From assembly GCA_030324005.1 (NCBI GenBank), contig JARDVH010000110.1, positions 56,637,807-56,701,806 on the forward strand: a stretch of DNA of 64,000 nucleotides. The letters are read 5' to 3'. The position numbers were made by a program, and so were the translations under genes. Origin of the DNA: Negaprion brevirostris (lineage: Eukaryota). Under the pieces are notes generated by a model, which made no database searches, was not told the DNA's origin, and worked only from the letters and a program-made list of their open reading frames with translations. Shown here piece by piece: positions 37,493 to 50,536 of this stretch; position 1 is the first letter of the stretch; the number at the start of each line of letters is the position of its first letter.

Positions 37493-38610
37493 ATTTTGCT
37501 TGAGCTCTTGGGCGGGGAGGGACGGGATTGGGGGTGGGGAGGTGGATGGGGAAACCATGGAAGGAGGCACGTGGAGCGGTGTATAGGGAAAGAGTGCTAT
37601 GATCAAGGGTGGCAGTTAGTCCACATGCATAGTTTGCTTTAAGATGGTTGGTTACATGTGTGTATACTTGCCTGTACTAGTTCTGGTTTCCAAGTTAGAC
37701 TGGCAGAGGAAAAGAGACACCTGCTGGAAATACAGCTGCTGTTTTCATTGTACCTTTGAACTGGTGGTAATCAAGTCACTGTTCATCACTCAGAACAAAA
37801 GCTTGCTCTTTCTCGGAATATCTCTTCATCTGAAACAACATTCTCTTATCTAGGTAATAAAGTTGGATGATCTATGACACTTCACACAGTAGGTGATCCA
37901 CTTCAGCTGTGAAATCAATGGGACCATTTCACCCAATCCCTATTTCCTCACCTTATTCGAACTGTGAGCCACAGAAAAACTCTTATTGCTTTGATTCTTG
38001 CGCCAAAAATGCTCTGTAATGAAGAAGATTTAAAAATGGCTTTCTTTTGTGAGGTAAAATGACAACTGCATCAATTTGAAAACAAATGAATAAAACCGCT
38101 TGAAATTACCATTGGATTGAGATTATGGTGATGGATATCACAATACCAGACATGCTAAATTTAGAAGGTGCCTCTTTTCATATTCTCAGTTGTGAGACAC
38201 AACACAGATTCCTCCAGACCTCAGTCCTGTCCTGCTACCATGACTTTGATATGTTATCACACAACAAAGCCATAAGCAGATTTGATCCACAAGGTTATGA
38301 CCCATGAGATTATGATCGCACTTTCCTCAATCCCCGCAGAGCAATGAAAATCATTGTTTCAGACATAAATCATACTTCCACAATGAGTAATGATTTTTTA
38401 GGCAACTGAGATTTACTTGATTAATTTTATTTAATTAAAATGACACAAATTGACTGGTATCAATGTATCATTGCATTATTTTATCAGCAAAGGTAATAAA
38501 TAATTTCTGATTAGATGTGGTGCTGAGTTTGAAATAACCGGTATTTTGAAATGACCAGTATCCTTCTTGCCATAAATCCTTTGATTGAACTAATAATGGC
38601 TTCCTCCCGT

Positions 38611-38757
38611 CAAAGAAGAAAGAACAGTACAGGCCCTTCAGCCCACCAAGCTTGCACCAGCACATGATGCCTTTCTAAACTAAAGCCCTTTAGTGGTCCA
38701 TATCCCTCTATTCCCTGCCTATTCATATATCTGTCAAGATGCCAGTTAAATGTTGCT
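38611..38757 (-). mobile_element. CR1 3' tail
   Basis: Minus strand ATFNWHLDRYMNRQGIEGYG plus the terminal hairpin. Confidence 0.85.
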
Positions 38758-40467
38758 TTTATATCCTGCCAGTTTGTTTCATTGCCCCAATTCCATGATG
38801 GAAGCAGCCCACTGATAAATCTGGCATCTGCTTGCCAGGCATGACTGCAGGTATACAGAATGAACACTGGCAGACTTTCTGCCCGTGGGTGCCATCACAC
38901 CTGAGTGCGATCTTGCCCTCACTGAATATCATCAAAGTGAACGCCTTGTGGAGGGTAACCACCAGCAAGGGGAATCTTACCAATTTCTCCAGCCAGAGGG
39001 CTTGAAAGGTTATAATCCAATTGTTTTTGTGTGAGACCATTTAACTCAACCAGACCTCTTGGTCTATCTGACTCAGTTCCAAATCGGACAGTACGCTNNN
39101 NNNNNNNNNNNNNNNNNNNNNNNNNNNNNNNNNNNNNNNNNNNNNNNNNNNNNNNNNNNNNNNNNNNNNNNNNNNNNNNNNNNNNNNNNNNNNNNNNNNN
39201 NNNNNNNNNNNNNNNNNNNNNNNNNNNNNNNNNNNNNNNNNNNNNNNNNNNNNNNNNNNNNNNNNNNGGCCTTTATGTTCTTTCTTCAGGAAATCTCACA
39301 CATCCGTCCAGAGTTTGTCCAGAAATAAGGGTGCTTGTTGCTGGCCCCAAAGCATGTAGTGATCTCAGGTGAGAATTTCAACTCTATCACCATACCGCGA
39401 TTCTCCAAATGGTTGCAGCATTCCACACTGGACATCATCAGCAGGGATGATGGCATTCCACTGCTCAAAACGTGAATCACATCAAAGGATTTTCACAGAC
39501 ACCCAACAAGAAAGCAAACAGCAGTAAAATAAGATCGCCTCAACAAAAATGTCCCACATAATTGGGAATAAAAATCTACTAAGAGCAGTTTGTGATTATA
39601 GAATTATTTTTGCTGTCGTTCATCCAATTTTACGAATCACATCACCATTAATAATCTAATTACTAATAGAACAAGGTGTAACTTAAAATGGGATTTCTAG
39701 TAAGCGAGCAGGAAAATTGAAATTCCCCTTGTTTTTAGCGATTGCCGGCACTGGTTGTTGTTCTACAGAGCAGCCTGTACATGTCAGAGCCCTGAGTAAC
39801 AGATGCCAACTTTCAGATTTCTGTGCTAAACTGCTTCAGTCTGACATTCAGGAGTTGCGTTCAGTTTAAGAAGGGTAATGATGGTAAATGCTGACAAATT
39901 ATCTTCAGCTCCCCTGCCCCCACTTCCACCTTTGCAAAATCTGGATCATTGTGATCTTATTCATTGGTTTCCTTCCCATTTCCCTTAATCCTCAACACTT
40001 TCCAAATCAGGTGTGGGCAGACAACTGTAAATATCCCCTCAAAGGTAGCAATTTCTTCTTATTTTCCAAGTCCATCTCCTTTCCTTTCATGCCAGAAGAC
40101 ATGCTCTGTCTATCTTTAGCTGTCCTTCATGTGAAGGAATAAAGGTCAAATAATATGGAATTAATTTCGGAATGTTAGGTTAGATGTTACATTGGGTAAA
40201 CTAACAGTGAAATATATTTTAACAGGTGTCAAAACTAGTGTGCAATACCAGCAAGGTTAACTTCCTTCACAGTGATGTGAACTTACTGATAAGAATTACA
40301 TACACGTAAAAAAGCAGCATCTTGGAGATTCTTGCTATGACTCTAGCACATGAGCTACAATATTAGCTCTGACAAGTAAAACCACAAGACATGCAGAAAA
40401 AATTGCTAAGCCATAAGTTTTATGAACTAACTGGACACAGGACTTTAACAAAATAACATTGCCCAAC

Positions 40468-40746
40468 AGGGCAGCATGGTGGCACAGTGGTTAGCAAAGT
40501 GGCACAGTGGTGAGGACTGCTGCCTCACAGCACCAGGGATCGCATTCAATTCCGGCCTCTGGTCACAATCTGTGTGGAGCATGCACATTCTCCCTTTATA
40601 TGCATGGGTTTCCTCTGGGTGTTCCAGTTTCCTCCTACAGCCCAAAGATGTGTGGATTAGGTTGATTGGTCATTCTAAATTGACTTAGTATCAGGGGGTT
40701 AGCAGGGTAAATATGTGGGATTATGGGAATAAGACCTGGGTAGGAT
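40468..40746 (+). mobile_element. HE1-like SINE with duplicated A-box segment
   Basis: ggtggcacagtggttagcaaagtggcacagtggtgaggactgc... Confidence 0.9.
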
Positions 40747-41699
40747 TTTCCAAAACTGAACAGGCACCTCATTGTAATAGGTGGTCCTTTCATCAAAAGT
40801 AGGATACCAATTAGGTTATTGATCAAATGAACATCTTACATGTTACCATTAATTACATAACTTCAACATTTATTGTATCTCAACTCAAACTTAAATCCTC
40901 AGATTCATTAGATTCCTGTAGATTAACTTCAGACTTGTTGTGAACCTGGTGAATCTCAGATATGCAGCGATTAAGGTCATACCATGGTACTATTTCATGG
41001 ATATGCTTATTTTGTTTTCTACTTGTTACAGATGCAAAGGTTAAAAGTTACGGATTTTGGATCCTCTTATAGAAATAAAAACTAGTTATCTTTTCTTTGT
41101 GGAATATATTTAGTTTTGCAAGTTACACTCTTTGCATAACTACCATATTGCATGCTTCCTTCACTATACTAAATTTGTGTGTATATTTAAGACTTAAATT
41201 GTCCCACCTAATCTATAGCAGTCAACGAACCCAACTCCTATTCTCTTGTTGGTAGGGAAATACTTTGAGAAGTTTTGACCAACATAAATAATATTCAGGA
41301 AAATTATGATATGGACTAAATTTCAGTTATGTTTTAGCGATTGGGAAGAGGATAAAACTTGACTGGTTTTCTTTCTTTTCGGAAGAGTGGGGGAAGGGGG
41401 AAGGAAAGAGGCAAACTGGATTCAGCGTGCCCAATTACGTGTCCTTGAGTCTAGCTCCCTCTGGCTGAAGTTGAGAGAAATTAATTGAGGTACTCATGAT
41501 CTCAATCACTCCAGGTACAGAGTTAGGATTGTAAAACATTGAGGTGCCAGAATTCTCTTCAGCTGCTTCCTTTTTTGTTGTGATCAAGCTTCTTTGCTTT
41601 CCAACAAGCTACTGAATTATGTGGGTTGTAGGGGGCGATGTGGCCAGTTTGAACCCCCTCCAACCATTCCCAACGATAAATGAGAAACTTGTCGTTTGA

Positions 41700-41999
41700 A
41701 ATTTATTTATTAGCGTCACTAGTAGGCTTACATTAACACTGCAATGAAGTTAATGTGAAAATTTCCTAATCGCCACAGTCCAGCACCTGTTGGGGTACAC
41801 TGAGAGAAAATTTAGCATGACAAATTAACCTAACCAGCACGTCTTTGGACTGTAGGAGGAAACCGGAGCACCCGGAGGAAACCCAGGCAGACACAGAGAG
41901 AACATGCAGACTTTGCATAGATAGTGACCCAAGCTGGGAATCAAACCCGCATCCCTGGCGCTATGAGGGAGCAGTGCTAATCACTATGCCACCGTGCCA
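41700..41999 (-). mobile_element. HE1-like SINE, type B tail
   Basis: tttatttattagcgtcactagtaggcttacattaacactgcaatgaag joined to the body and head. Confidence 0.9.
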
Positions 42000-42011
42000 T
42001 TGTTAATCAAT

Positions 42012-42245
42012 TCATAGAATCATATAATCCCTACAGTATAGGCGGAGGCTATTCAACCCATTGAACCTTCACTGACAGCAATCCCACCTAGACGCTTTCT
42101 CTGTAACCCCAAGTATTTACCCAGCCAATTCCCCCTGACATTAATGGATGATTTAGCATTGCTAATCAACCTAACTGTGGGAGGAAACCAGAGCACACTG
42201 GAGGAAACCCACGCAGACATGAGGAGAATGTGCAAACTCCACGCA
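42012..42245 (-). mobile_element. HE1-like SINE, 5'-truncated, CR1-type tail
   Basis: catagaatcatataatccctacagt...ggaggaaacccacgcagacatgaggagaatgtgcaaactcc. Confidence 0.85.
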
Positions 42246-43024
42246 ACTCCACAATTCCCAAAGGTTTACCTGATGTTCATCTGCAAAATGGGTCAATTAG
42301 CAACTTGTAATCAAATGTATCATTTGCTTGCATTGTTTGTTTCCACTTGCCTGCAATGTATCTGACAGACTGCACTGTACATCACAATTGCTGAGATGAC
42401 GCTAGTTCCCCATTGGTTTTGGACAGCGAGTTAGGTAATGGGCTTTTCTTTGGCATTCTGTGAGCTTTTTTGTTTGAAAGAATGGATTGTTAACTAACAT
42501 ACCCCCTTGTATCCCCAACAAATGATTGAACTGGCTAACTTATTGATTGATTATGCATCACGTAACGTATTTGAAAGGTTCTGCTTGTTTTTCTTTTCTC
42601 CTTTTACCAGGTTTGAATGTTACTTTCAAGCTTGTTTATGTGTTTCTTTTTGTCTTGTTGGTTTAGCCGTGCACAAACTCACTAAATTAACACATTAAAA
42701 AATAAAATCAGCAGGTAGTTGATACAAATCGGGTAATTTCTAATGGAAAACTGTTGAGTCTTCATTTCCTAACATCCGTCCACAAGAGATAGGTTCATTA
42801 TGTTTCCAGGGTGCCTCTCACACAACACTGCGGTTGCACTGTTTGTGGCCTAGCATGGTCTTCCAGAGCCTCTGCCAGAGTTGGTCACATTCAATAGTAT
42901 AAAAGTGACAGGTAGCAAGTTAAATGCCGCAGAGGATACTTCAGCAGAGAAAATGAATAAGGGAGTAAGGGTTCAGAGAAAGGTCAGGAAAGGAAACCCA
43001 TGACATATTTATTGAGGTAAGCAC

Positions 43025-43583
43025 AGGAAAAGCTGGAAAAATATTGGCCAATCTGGCAGCATCTGTGAAGAGAGAAAAAGAGTTAACATTTTGAGTCAGG
43101 GATAGGTTAGAGGGTGGGAGAGATCAAATGACAAGGTTGCCGTGAAACTAAAGGCGAAGAAAATTATAAAGTTTGAAGAAAGAAAGCATTGGTCCAGAGT
43201 AAGTGTTGAGAGCAGAATGTGAAAACAAAAATATGAAAACAAAGTACAGACTGGCACTTGGCAAAAGAAAAATCAAAATGGAGGACAGAGTGTATTGTCT
43301 GAACAGTTTTTTTGCCAAGTGTCAGTCTGTATCTTGTTTTTATGTGTTTGCTTTCACATATAGCTGTCCTCTAAATTGCCATTAACACTTAGTCTAAACT
43401 AATGCTTTGCTTCTTTATTACAACTCCCTTTGACTTCTGTTCCATGCGTCTTCATCATTTAATCCCTCCTGCCTTCTAATCTTTCTCTGACCTTCCTTTT
43501 TATTCTGCCTGCCCCTGCCCCCTTTTCCAACAATATAAAACCCGGCATATTTCCACTTCCCTTCAAATCCAAAACAGGGTCAT
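43025..43583. mobile_element. Two Penelope-like terminal-repeat segments in inverted, back-to-back arrangement
   Basis: 43217-43266 and 43310-43359 are reverse complements at 43/50 positions and weaker similarity extends outward. The left arm carries the gcagcatctgtgaagagaga motif. Confidence 0.7.
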
Positions 43584-43657
43584 AGAACATAGAACATAGA
43601 ACATAGAACATTACAGCGTAGAACAGGCCCTTCGGCCCACGATGTTGCGCCGACCAG
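43581..43657 (-). mobile_element. Young CR1 3' end with (CATAGAA)4 tail, running into a gap
   Basis: Perfect heptamer repeats followed by acaggcccttcggcccacgatgttgcgccgacc with CpGs intact. Confidence 0.9.
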
Positions 43658-45449
43658 NNNNNNNNNNNNNNNNNNNNNNNNNNNNNNNNNNNNNNNNNNN
43701 NNNNNNNNNNNNNNNNNNNNNNNNNNNNNNNNNNNNNNNNNNNNNNNNNNNNNNNNNNNNNNNNNNNNNNNNNNNNNNNNNNNCCAGGCTACAGCCACAA
43801 CGGCTAAAGATTCAGCCACTAATTGTGACACAATTCACAGTGGGGAGGGGGAGCTCACTTTAAGCCAGGATGGGTGGCACAGACTGAGATTGAGGTCTAC
43901 CTTCAGGATTGTCGCTTTGAACTTATTGTGGTTCTTGGAATTGTAGGTCAAGTACATCACTGATATCTCTATGACAACCGTGTCTTGGCGTTTGCTGTGG
44001 AAATTCTATTGGACTTCAAAACGATACAGGTAATTGACTTCCTACTGTCTGTAGCACACTGATACTTCCCAATTTTCTGGAGGCAGGTAGCATTACTGCC
44101 TTGCTCAGAGTTTAAGGAAGAATTCTAGCTCAATTGAAGATAATTACATATTCACTTTGATTTCTCAAGCTTCACATATGTATTATATGGTTGTCCTTTA
44201 TGAATTATTAAACATATTGAAGTTGACTTTTGGCTGTGCTCCAGTAATGCACTGGAGTGCTTGGGAACATTCTTCAATTTAGTCCTCCACCTCACACTGC
44301 ACTTGGGAAGCAAAGTCCTACATCTACCATGCATGTCTGCCATTGCATGTGCATATTCATTATCCTCCACTTTTCATCTGTGAATGATGTCCATCCATTT
44401 CTCCATTCCAAACACTCAATCCCTTAGGTAAAAGTGATTGCTTGAAATGTTAATTTGCTCAAGACTTCACGTGGTGCAAACTCCATGATTTGGCTTGGTC
44501 CGAAGTATCCATATTACACCAAACATGAATAAGCCTCCATGGTTCTCCTTGACTTTGCCCTTGATAAGATGACTTTTGGATTTTAGAATCTTATGACCGA
44601 TTGACTTCATCTTGCCTAAGGGTTGTTGCTCAGGATTAAGCTTAACATTGTTCACTGTTTGTGCTTGTATTATTCTACCTTGCATATAACTATTCAAAAA
44701 TACACTTCCTTGTTCTAATGTGACGCGCTGGGCCTGTTTAAAGCAGAGATGCACCTCTCAAAGTGAGGTTGTATCCTATACTTCCATCTCTCATTCATGT
44801 TCTCTTCAAGGCGTTGAATCTGCTGTAAAGTGAAGACTATCTCTTCTGCTGGTGATTGGTACCTCCCTGGAGGTCTCAGTGAATGAAGTCAAGGCAAAAA
44901 AGTCAGCAATGGGTCTCTGGGAGCTGTAGGAAAATTCTCAGGGCCACTATCAAGAAGGCTGACATGACCAGGGTCACCAGCAGAACCTGAGTTGAACACA
45001 GAAAGAAGTTCAATCATTTCACAGGAGCAAAAAGAGGAAATGCAGCTGTTCATCTCTCCAATACTCGGGACAGCACTCTTTTCATCCTCAGTCCTGTCCC
45101 TCCCAGCTGTCATATCCTTCAGCAGAATGTCACAAGGATATACTGCAATGTCTCTCTTTATCATTCCATACACAATGACACCAAAAAAAATCACCTCTTC
45201 TATCCTCTCTTCACTTCACTAAAATGATTGTCTTCTCACATACTATTCACTTGTGCACCGCGCACTTATCTTCACCTCACCGTCATCATATTCTCATTCC
45301 ACCTTGTTTCATTTCCACTTTTTACGATTTATATATGACCCGACATGGGCAAAGCTGTCAATAGCAAGGAAGGCAAGGTTGGCAGCTTGTCACAATTCTT
45401 CACATTGCCTATTATTGTGGAAAATATCAAGTAGTATTCTGCAAGTGCC

Positions 45450-45730
45450 CAACTTGTAGCTGTCATCCTAACCTCTGCCCTGCTCCCCCCCATTAGTTCC
45501 TTCTTGACAGAAAGAGAATCCTGTGTAAGAAAACACATCAAAAAAGGGCAATCCTCTTCTGAGACAGCTGCGGTCTTCTGGTGGTCCCAATTGCTCTGAC
45601 CTTGGTTGCTGGGGTTATTACTTTTCTTCTACAAAATTAGCAATAATTATGCATCAAATCTTCTGAAGGTGATGGGATGGAAGCTATAAACTCTCTTGGA
45701 GTATGAGAGAGTGTCACCAGTGTGCCAGCA
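45450..45730 (-). pseudogene. Decayed Harbinger-type Myb/SANT DNA-binding ORF remnant
   Basis: Minus readings ATKVRAIGTTRRPQLSQKRI and KKELMGGSRAEVRM resemble the RTxxQCRKR and TGGG motifs of Harbinger Myb-like proteins. Confidence 0.35.
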
Positions 45731-45855
45731 GGTTAGAAGCCACTAGCATCTCAAAAGATTCAACAGGATGGGAATCCCAATAATCAGATTAGCAATGCTG
45801 ACAGACCAAAACAAATACATCGTCCTGCTAGTAGGATCTACTCTGGGGGAGACAA

Positions 45856-46756
45856 TGTTACTGCTATGAAGGGTAAGGTGATCTCCTCTCTGAAAAATAA
45901 CACTCAACCACTCGAAGAGAAATACCTCCCNNNNNNNNNNNNNNNNNNNNNNNNNNNNNNNNNNNNNNNNNNNNNNNNNNNNNNNNNNNNNNNNNNNNNN
46001 NNNNNNNNNNNNNNNNNNNNNNNNNNNNNNAACAGGTAACACTTTATTTATCTATCAGTAAACAGTTTAACTAAACTATTAACACACCGAATAAAACACA
46101 ATTCTAATGTAATGCTGTTTAGGTAGATACAATTCACGCTTATTAACAAAAAGAATAGAATTTTTAGTCACACTCAAAATGCAATCAACTTTGTCACCTT
46201 CTGGAATCTTTTGTCTTTTTTGTTGACTTCTTCTGTTCTTCTAGTGGTACCTTTACAATTGAGATGAGGCTTTCTTTTAAGACATAAATCTGGCTGTTAC
46301 ACTGGCAGAGATCAGTTACTGTCTGTGTGTGTGTGACTCTCTCTAGCTGTGATCTGTGGCAGTTGCTGCCAGGCGATCTTTCCGGCAGTTTGGAGCTGGG
46401 AGCTGTGGCCTTTAGATCCCTGATGGCAGACTAAAACCCTCCACAATAGGATTAGTTTACAAGTTTGCAAAACATCAAATTCAAATCTGATCGGCTGCTG
46501 ATATTCAAATGCCTATTATAAATTGATTGGGCAAACTTCAACAACAGCCTGTTGTTGTGGCAACACTACTGCCTAGCCTCTCAGAACAATGTTTCATTTT
46601 GGGTCCCTCTGTGTACTTGCTTTTGCACTTGCATTTCCATTCAGTCCCTTAGCATAGCAAAACAGAACTACCTTTTGTTTTGAAAGGTGATGTTATTTTA
46701 CAACTCTTAGTTTTTTTTACAATTTTAAAAATAATTTTACAAATACTAACTTCACA
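45856..46756 (-). mobile_element. Solo LTR
   Basis: TGTTA...TCACA termini, candidate 4-bp TSD acaa/acag, and AATAAA on the minus strand at ~46045. Confidence 0.6.
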
Positions 46757-48058
46757 ACAGCACCATTCAGGGAAGCCACACATATGCCAATGTTAGAACT
46801 AAGAGGAGCTGAGGAGACAGACAGCTATACAGAGAGTATCTTCAAAGATACAGAAGCAGAGAGACAGTATCCACCTAGCAGCCTGAGGCAAAGAGTCCAG
46901 CTAGCAGCCTGTAAGCCAGTATTGGTCAGCAGACCAGAAGCAAGCATGCACAGTACCATTCATGGAAGAAGTTGAAAGCCATACCTTCGTTGAACCAAGA
47001 AGATTCGTGTTCCAGAATAACTACTCAATCGTTTATAGCGTGGTTACCAATAAGCTGGCCGTTACTTATAGATCTATTTGATTGGATGTCGTTTGGGAAG
47101 AGAGAAGTCCTTGAAGAGTTCAGATCTTTTAAATGTATTTTGGATCTACTTAAGCTGTGGAGGTGTGCTTAGTGGTCTTGTATGTAACTGCCTTAGACCA
47201 TCGTAGTCATAAATAAATCACTGCATGTGAAGCTCCCCCTACGGCGCATCCCTGACACACCTTGGCACATGTCAACTTGTGCCGGGGGCAATGCCAGAGC
47301 ACTGCCTGGCCATGTCCCTCTCCCATGGGTGTTATACTGATCTTTATGCCATCGGGTGGGGGGTGGAATCCTTGTGACAGGTTCACATCATGGTGAACCT
47401 GTTATAAACCTTGCTGACATGATGTCACATTGCGAGGTATGAAAATCGAGTGAGGTGGGGGGAGAAGAACTGCTGATGGCGCTGTTTAATTCTATGCTAA
47501 AACGAATGTAACACAGGTTCTTGCCTATTATGGGCTTGATCTTGAGCTCCTGCCAATGGTCTCATGAATGGAGAGTGCGGGCTCAAGATACCACCTCCTA
47601 ACTTACAAACAAAGTGCTGTATATTTCTTACCATGTTTGTTGATGACCTTTGTGCGTCACATCTAGTTATTGTGGCCCAGATTTTATGGTAGAAACAATC
47701 GTTACATAATCAGTATTCTACATCATTGAAGAGTTATGGCAGTTACTTCCTGCACCTACAAATGTGGAGCTAAGTGCCGACAGCAGGACTTTTTTGTCCA
47801 TTTTGTATAATAAGCTTCATTACACCAATACCTCGCCCAGAGATAGAGCATTTAAACACATGACGGGTGTTGCAGTACTGACACAGAAGTTACCAAGTGA
47901 AGCATGTCNNNNNNNNNNNNNNNNNNNNNNNNTGTGTGGCTGTGCAAAAATCTGAAAACTACTGTACACTGCAACAAGTGGGACAACAAAAATAGGGGGA
48001 ACATTGGCTGGTCAATTCAAGTGTAAATGTGACAAATCCTAATTACAAACAAATAATC

Positions 48059-48385
48059 TGGGCGGCACAATGCCATTGTGGTCTGCACTGCTGCCTCACA
48101 ATGCCAGGGACCCACGTTCAATTCCAACCTCAGGTCACTGTCTGTGTGGACTTTGCACATCATCCGCGTGTCTGCATGGGTTTCCTGCCGGGTGCTCCGG
48201 TTTCCTCCCACAGTCCTAAGATGTGTGGATTAGGCTGATTGGCCATGCTAAATTCATGCTAGTGTCAAGGGGGTTAGCAGAGTAAATATGTGGTGTTACA
48301 GGAATAGGGCCTGGGTGGGATTGTGGTCGCTGCAGACTCAATGCACTGAATGGCCTCCTTCTGAACTGTAGAGATTCTATGATCT
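48059..48385 (+). mobile_element. HE1-like SINE, full length, CR1-type tail
   Basis: gggcggcacaatg...gaatggcctccttctgaactgtagagattctatga. Confidence 0.92.
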
Positions 48386-48388
48386 CTC

Positions 48389-49170
48389 TGATTTGATTTG
48401 ATTTATTATTATCACATGTATTAACATACAGTGAAAAGTATTGCTTCTTGCGTGAGAGGCAGACAAAGCATACCGTTCGTAGAGAAGGAAACGGGAGAGT
48501 GCAGAACCTAGTGTTACAGTCATAAACAGTGTGTAGAGAAAGATCAACTTAATGCAAGGTAAGGCCATCCAAAAGTCTGACAGCAACAGAGAAGAAGTTG
48601 TTCTTGAGTTGGTTAATATATGAACACAAGGGACTTCAAAAGGTCATAAATGTAGCCCAATCCATCAGGCCAATCAGCCTCCCATCCATTGACTCTGTCT
48701 ACACTTCCTGCTGCCCTGCCAAAGCAGCCAGCAGAATTAAGGACCCCGCACACCCCAGACATTCTCTCTTCCATCTTCTTCCATAAAGAAAAAGGTATAA
48801 AAGTCTGAGGTCACGTACCAACCGATTTAAGAACAGCTTCTTCCCTGCTGCAGTCAGACTTTCAAATGGACTTACTTTGCATTAAAGTGATCTTTCCCTA
48901 CACTCGAGCTATGACTGTAACACTACACTCTGCACTCTCTCATTTCCTTCTCCTATGAACGGTATGTTTTGTCTGTATAGCATTCAAGAAACAATACTTT
49001 TCATTGTATGTCAATACATGGAACAATAATAAATCAAAATTAAATCAATGACCTCAGACTTTTGTATCTTTTTCCCAATGGTAGAAGGTGGAAGACAGAA
49101 TGTTCCAGGGTCCATGGGGTCCTTAATCATGCTGGCTGATTTGCCCGGGCAAGGGGAAGGGTAGACACTG
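48389..49170 (-). mobile_element. Rex1/Babar LINE 3' end (host copy, split: 48389-48619 and 49048-49170)
   Basis: (atttg)n tail; the two halves rejoin as gttcttgagttggttaatat | atgacctcagacttttg, the reverse complement of 48800-48840. Confidence 0.85.
48624..49047 (+). mobile_element. Rex1/Babar LINE 3' end nested antisense in a same-family copy
   Basis: LQKVINVAQSI...LPSIDSVYTSCC...AASRIKDPAHPRHSLFHLLP is the Rex1 RT C-terminus; candidate TSD atga. Confidence 0.88.
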
Positions 49171-49470
49171 CCACTTTAGTGGAGAGTCTCATTGATTCAC
49201 ATTTTAATCATAACTAGAGAGTTTTTGTTCCTTTTCTCTGTTACCTCTTATACTATCTTTCTTTCCCTCGTTTTCTTCTCTGTAAATGCGTTTGCATTGA
49301 AATAACTGCGCTACCTTATACTCCCTTGTTGACAGTCTACATGCATGAGTTGAAGAGGGACACTTTTGCATGCTATGTTCATGCAGGCCCTCGGTCCCCT
49401 GCTAAATAATGGTGACTTGAAATTTCTACTTAAGAGCCCATGAGAATTTTGTGACCAGCTGTGGATTTAG

Positions 49471-49527
49471 AGTTTATTTATTAGTGTCACAACTCTGCTT
49501 ACATTCACTGCAATGAAGTTACTGTGC
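49471..49527 (-). mobile_element. Isolated type B tail
   Basis: agtttatttattagtgtcacaactctgcttacattcactgcaatgaagttactgtg. Confidence 0.75.
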
Positions 49528-50409
49528 AAACAAGTGTTCGTTATTTGCCACAGACTGTAGAATGGGGATGAATATTTTGCATAAACAGTTGGTAACAGTG
49601 CCTGTGTGTAAAGATTTGCAATTAATTTGGTCCAATATCTATTTTTTTACATTTCTTAACCCTGATCATTTCTGGGAGTGACTTTTTTGATTCCACCTCT
49701 GCATCAGTTTATCTAAACCTAGCAAATAATGTTGTAAATTAATTGGAAGTGTAGAGAGGCATTGGCACTGAATCATTAATTCATTAATACATATTCCACA
49801 TATTGGAGTAAGGCAGGAGTAAATTACGATCAAAATAAGTGTCAAGTTGCATTGAAGAATTTGTGCAATTTATACAAATCGTCCATTCATTCATTCTCCT
49901 CAATCACAAGCTCAATTTGCTTTCCTACTCTACTGGAATAGTGAAATTCTCATTTGCATGACATTCTCCCTTGGAACAACTCCAATTTCAGTTCCAGTCC
50001 TTGTTGTAATGCATTGAAAAAACAGTGCAAAGTAGCTCATTTCCATTCCTTATGAATTGAAAACACATCTGCTTGAAATTATTATACCTTGGAATCAATC
50101 TCAATGTGTTTGAGCTTTGACCAGACGCACATGGAATTCTTCCAAGGCCAACTGAAAAGAAACACATTGTTAACCACCACGTACTGTGCTTGAGCACATG
50201 TATCCAAAATGGAAACTACTGTTATTGCTCAATGTTACCAGAGGAAATGGGTAGTCAGTCAGAACATGTCTTGCTCTGTTTACAAGTTCAGATGCAGATA
50301 AGGCCAGATAAGGCAGATAAAGATAAAACCACCACTCTCAACTGGTTGTTACAACTCAACCCTTTCTGTGGGTAGTACTGGTGGCACAGTAGTTGGCAGT
50401 ACTGCCTCA

Positions 50410-50536
50410 TAGCTGATGCACTCACCTGAGGGAGGAGCAGCACTCCGAAAGCCCGTGATTCATTGGATTTTAACATGGTATTGTGAGATTTCTTCCAGTG
50501 CCCACCCCAGCCCAATGCCGGCATCTCCACATCATG
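50410..50536 (+). mobile_element. Short Penelope-type insert containing a hammerhead fold
   Basis: TSD gcctca; tcac-CTGAGGG-A-GGAG-cagca-CTCC-GAAA-gccc-gtga. Confidence 0.8.

Noticed and set aside
43581-43610. (CATAGAA)4 as a CRISPR-like or independent satellite
   Set aside because: It is the microsatellite tail of a CR1 3' end, has no spacers, and the context is eukaryotic.
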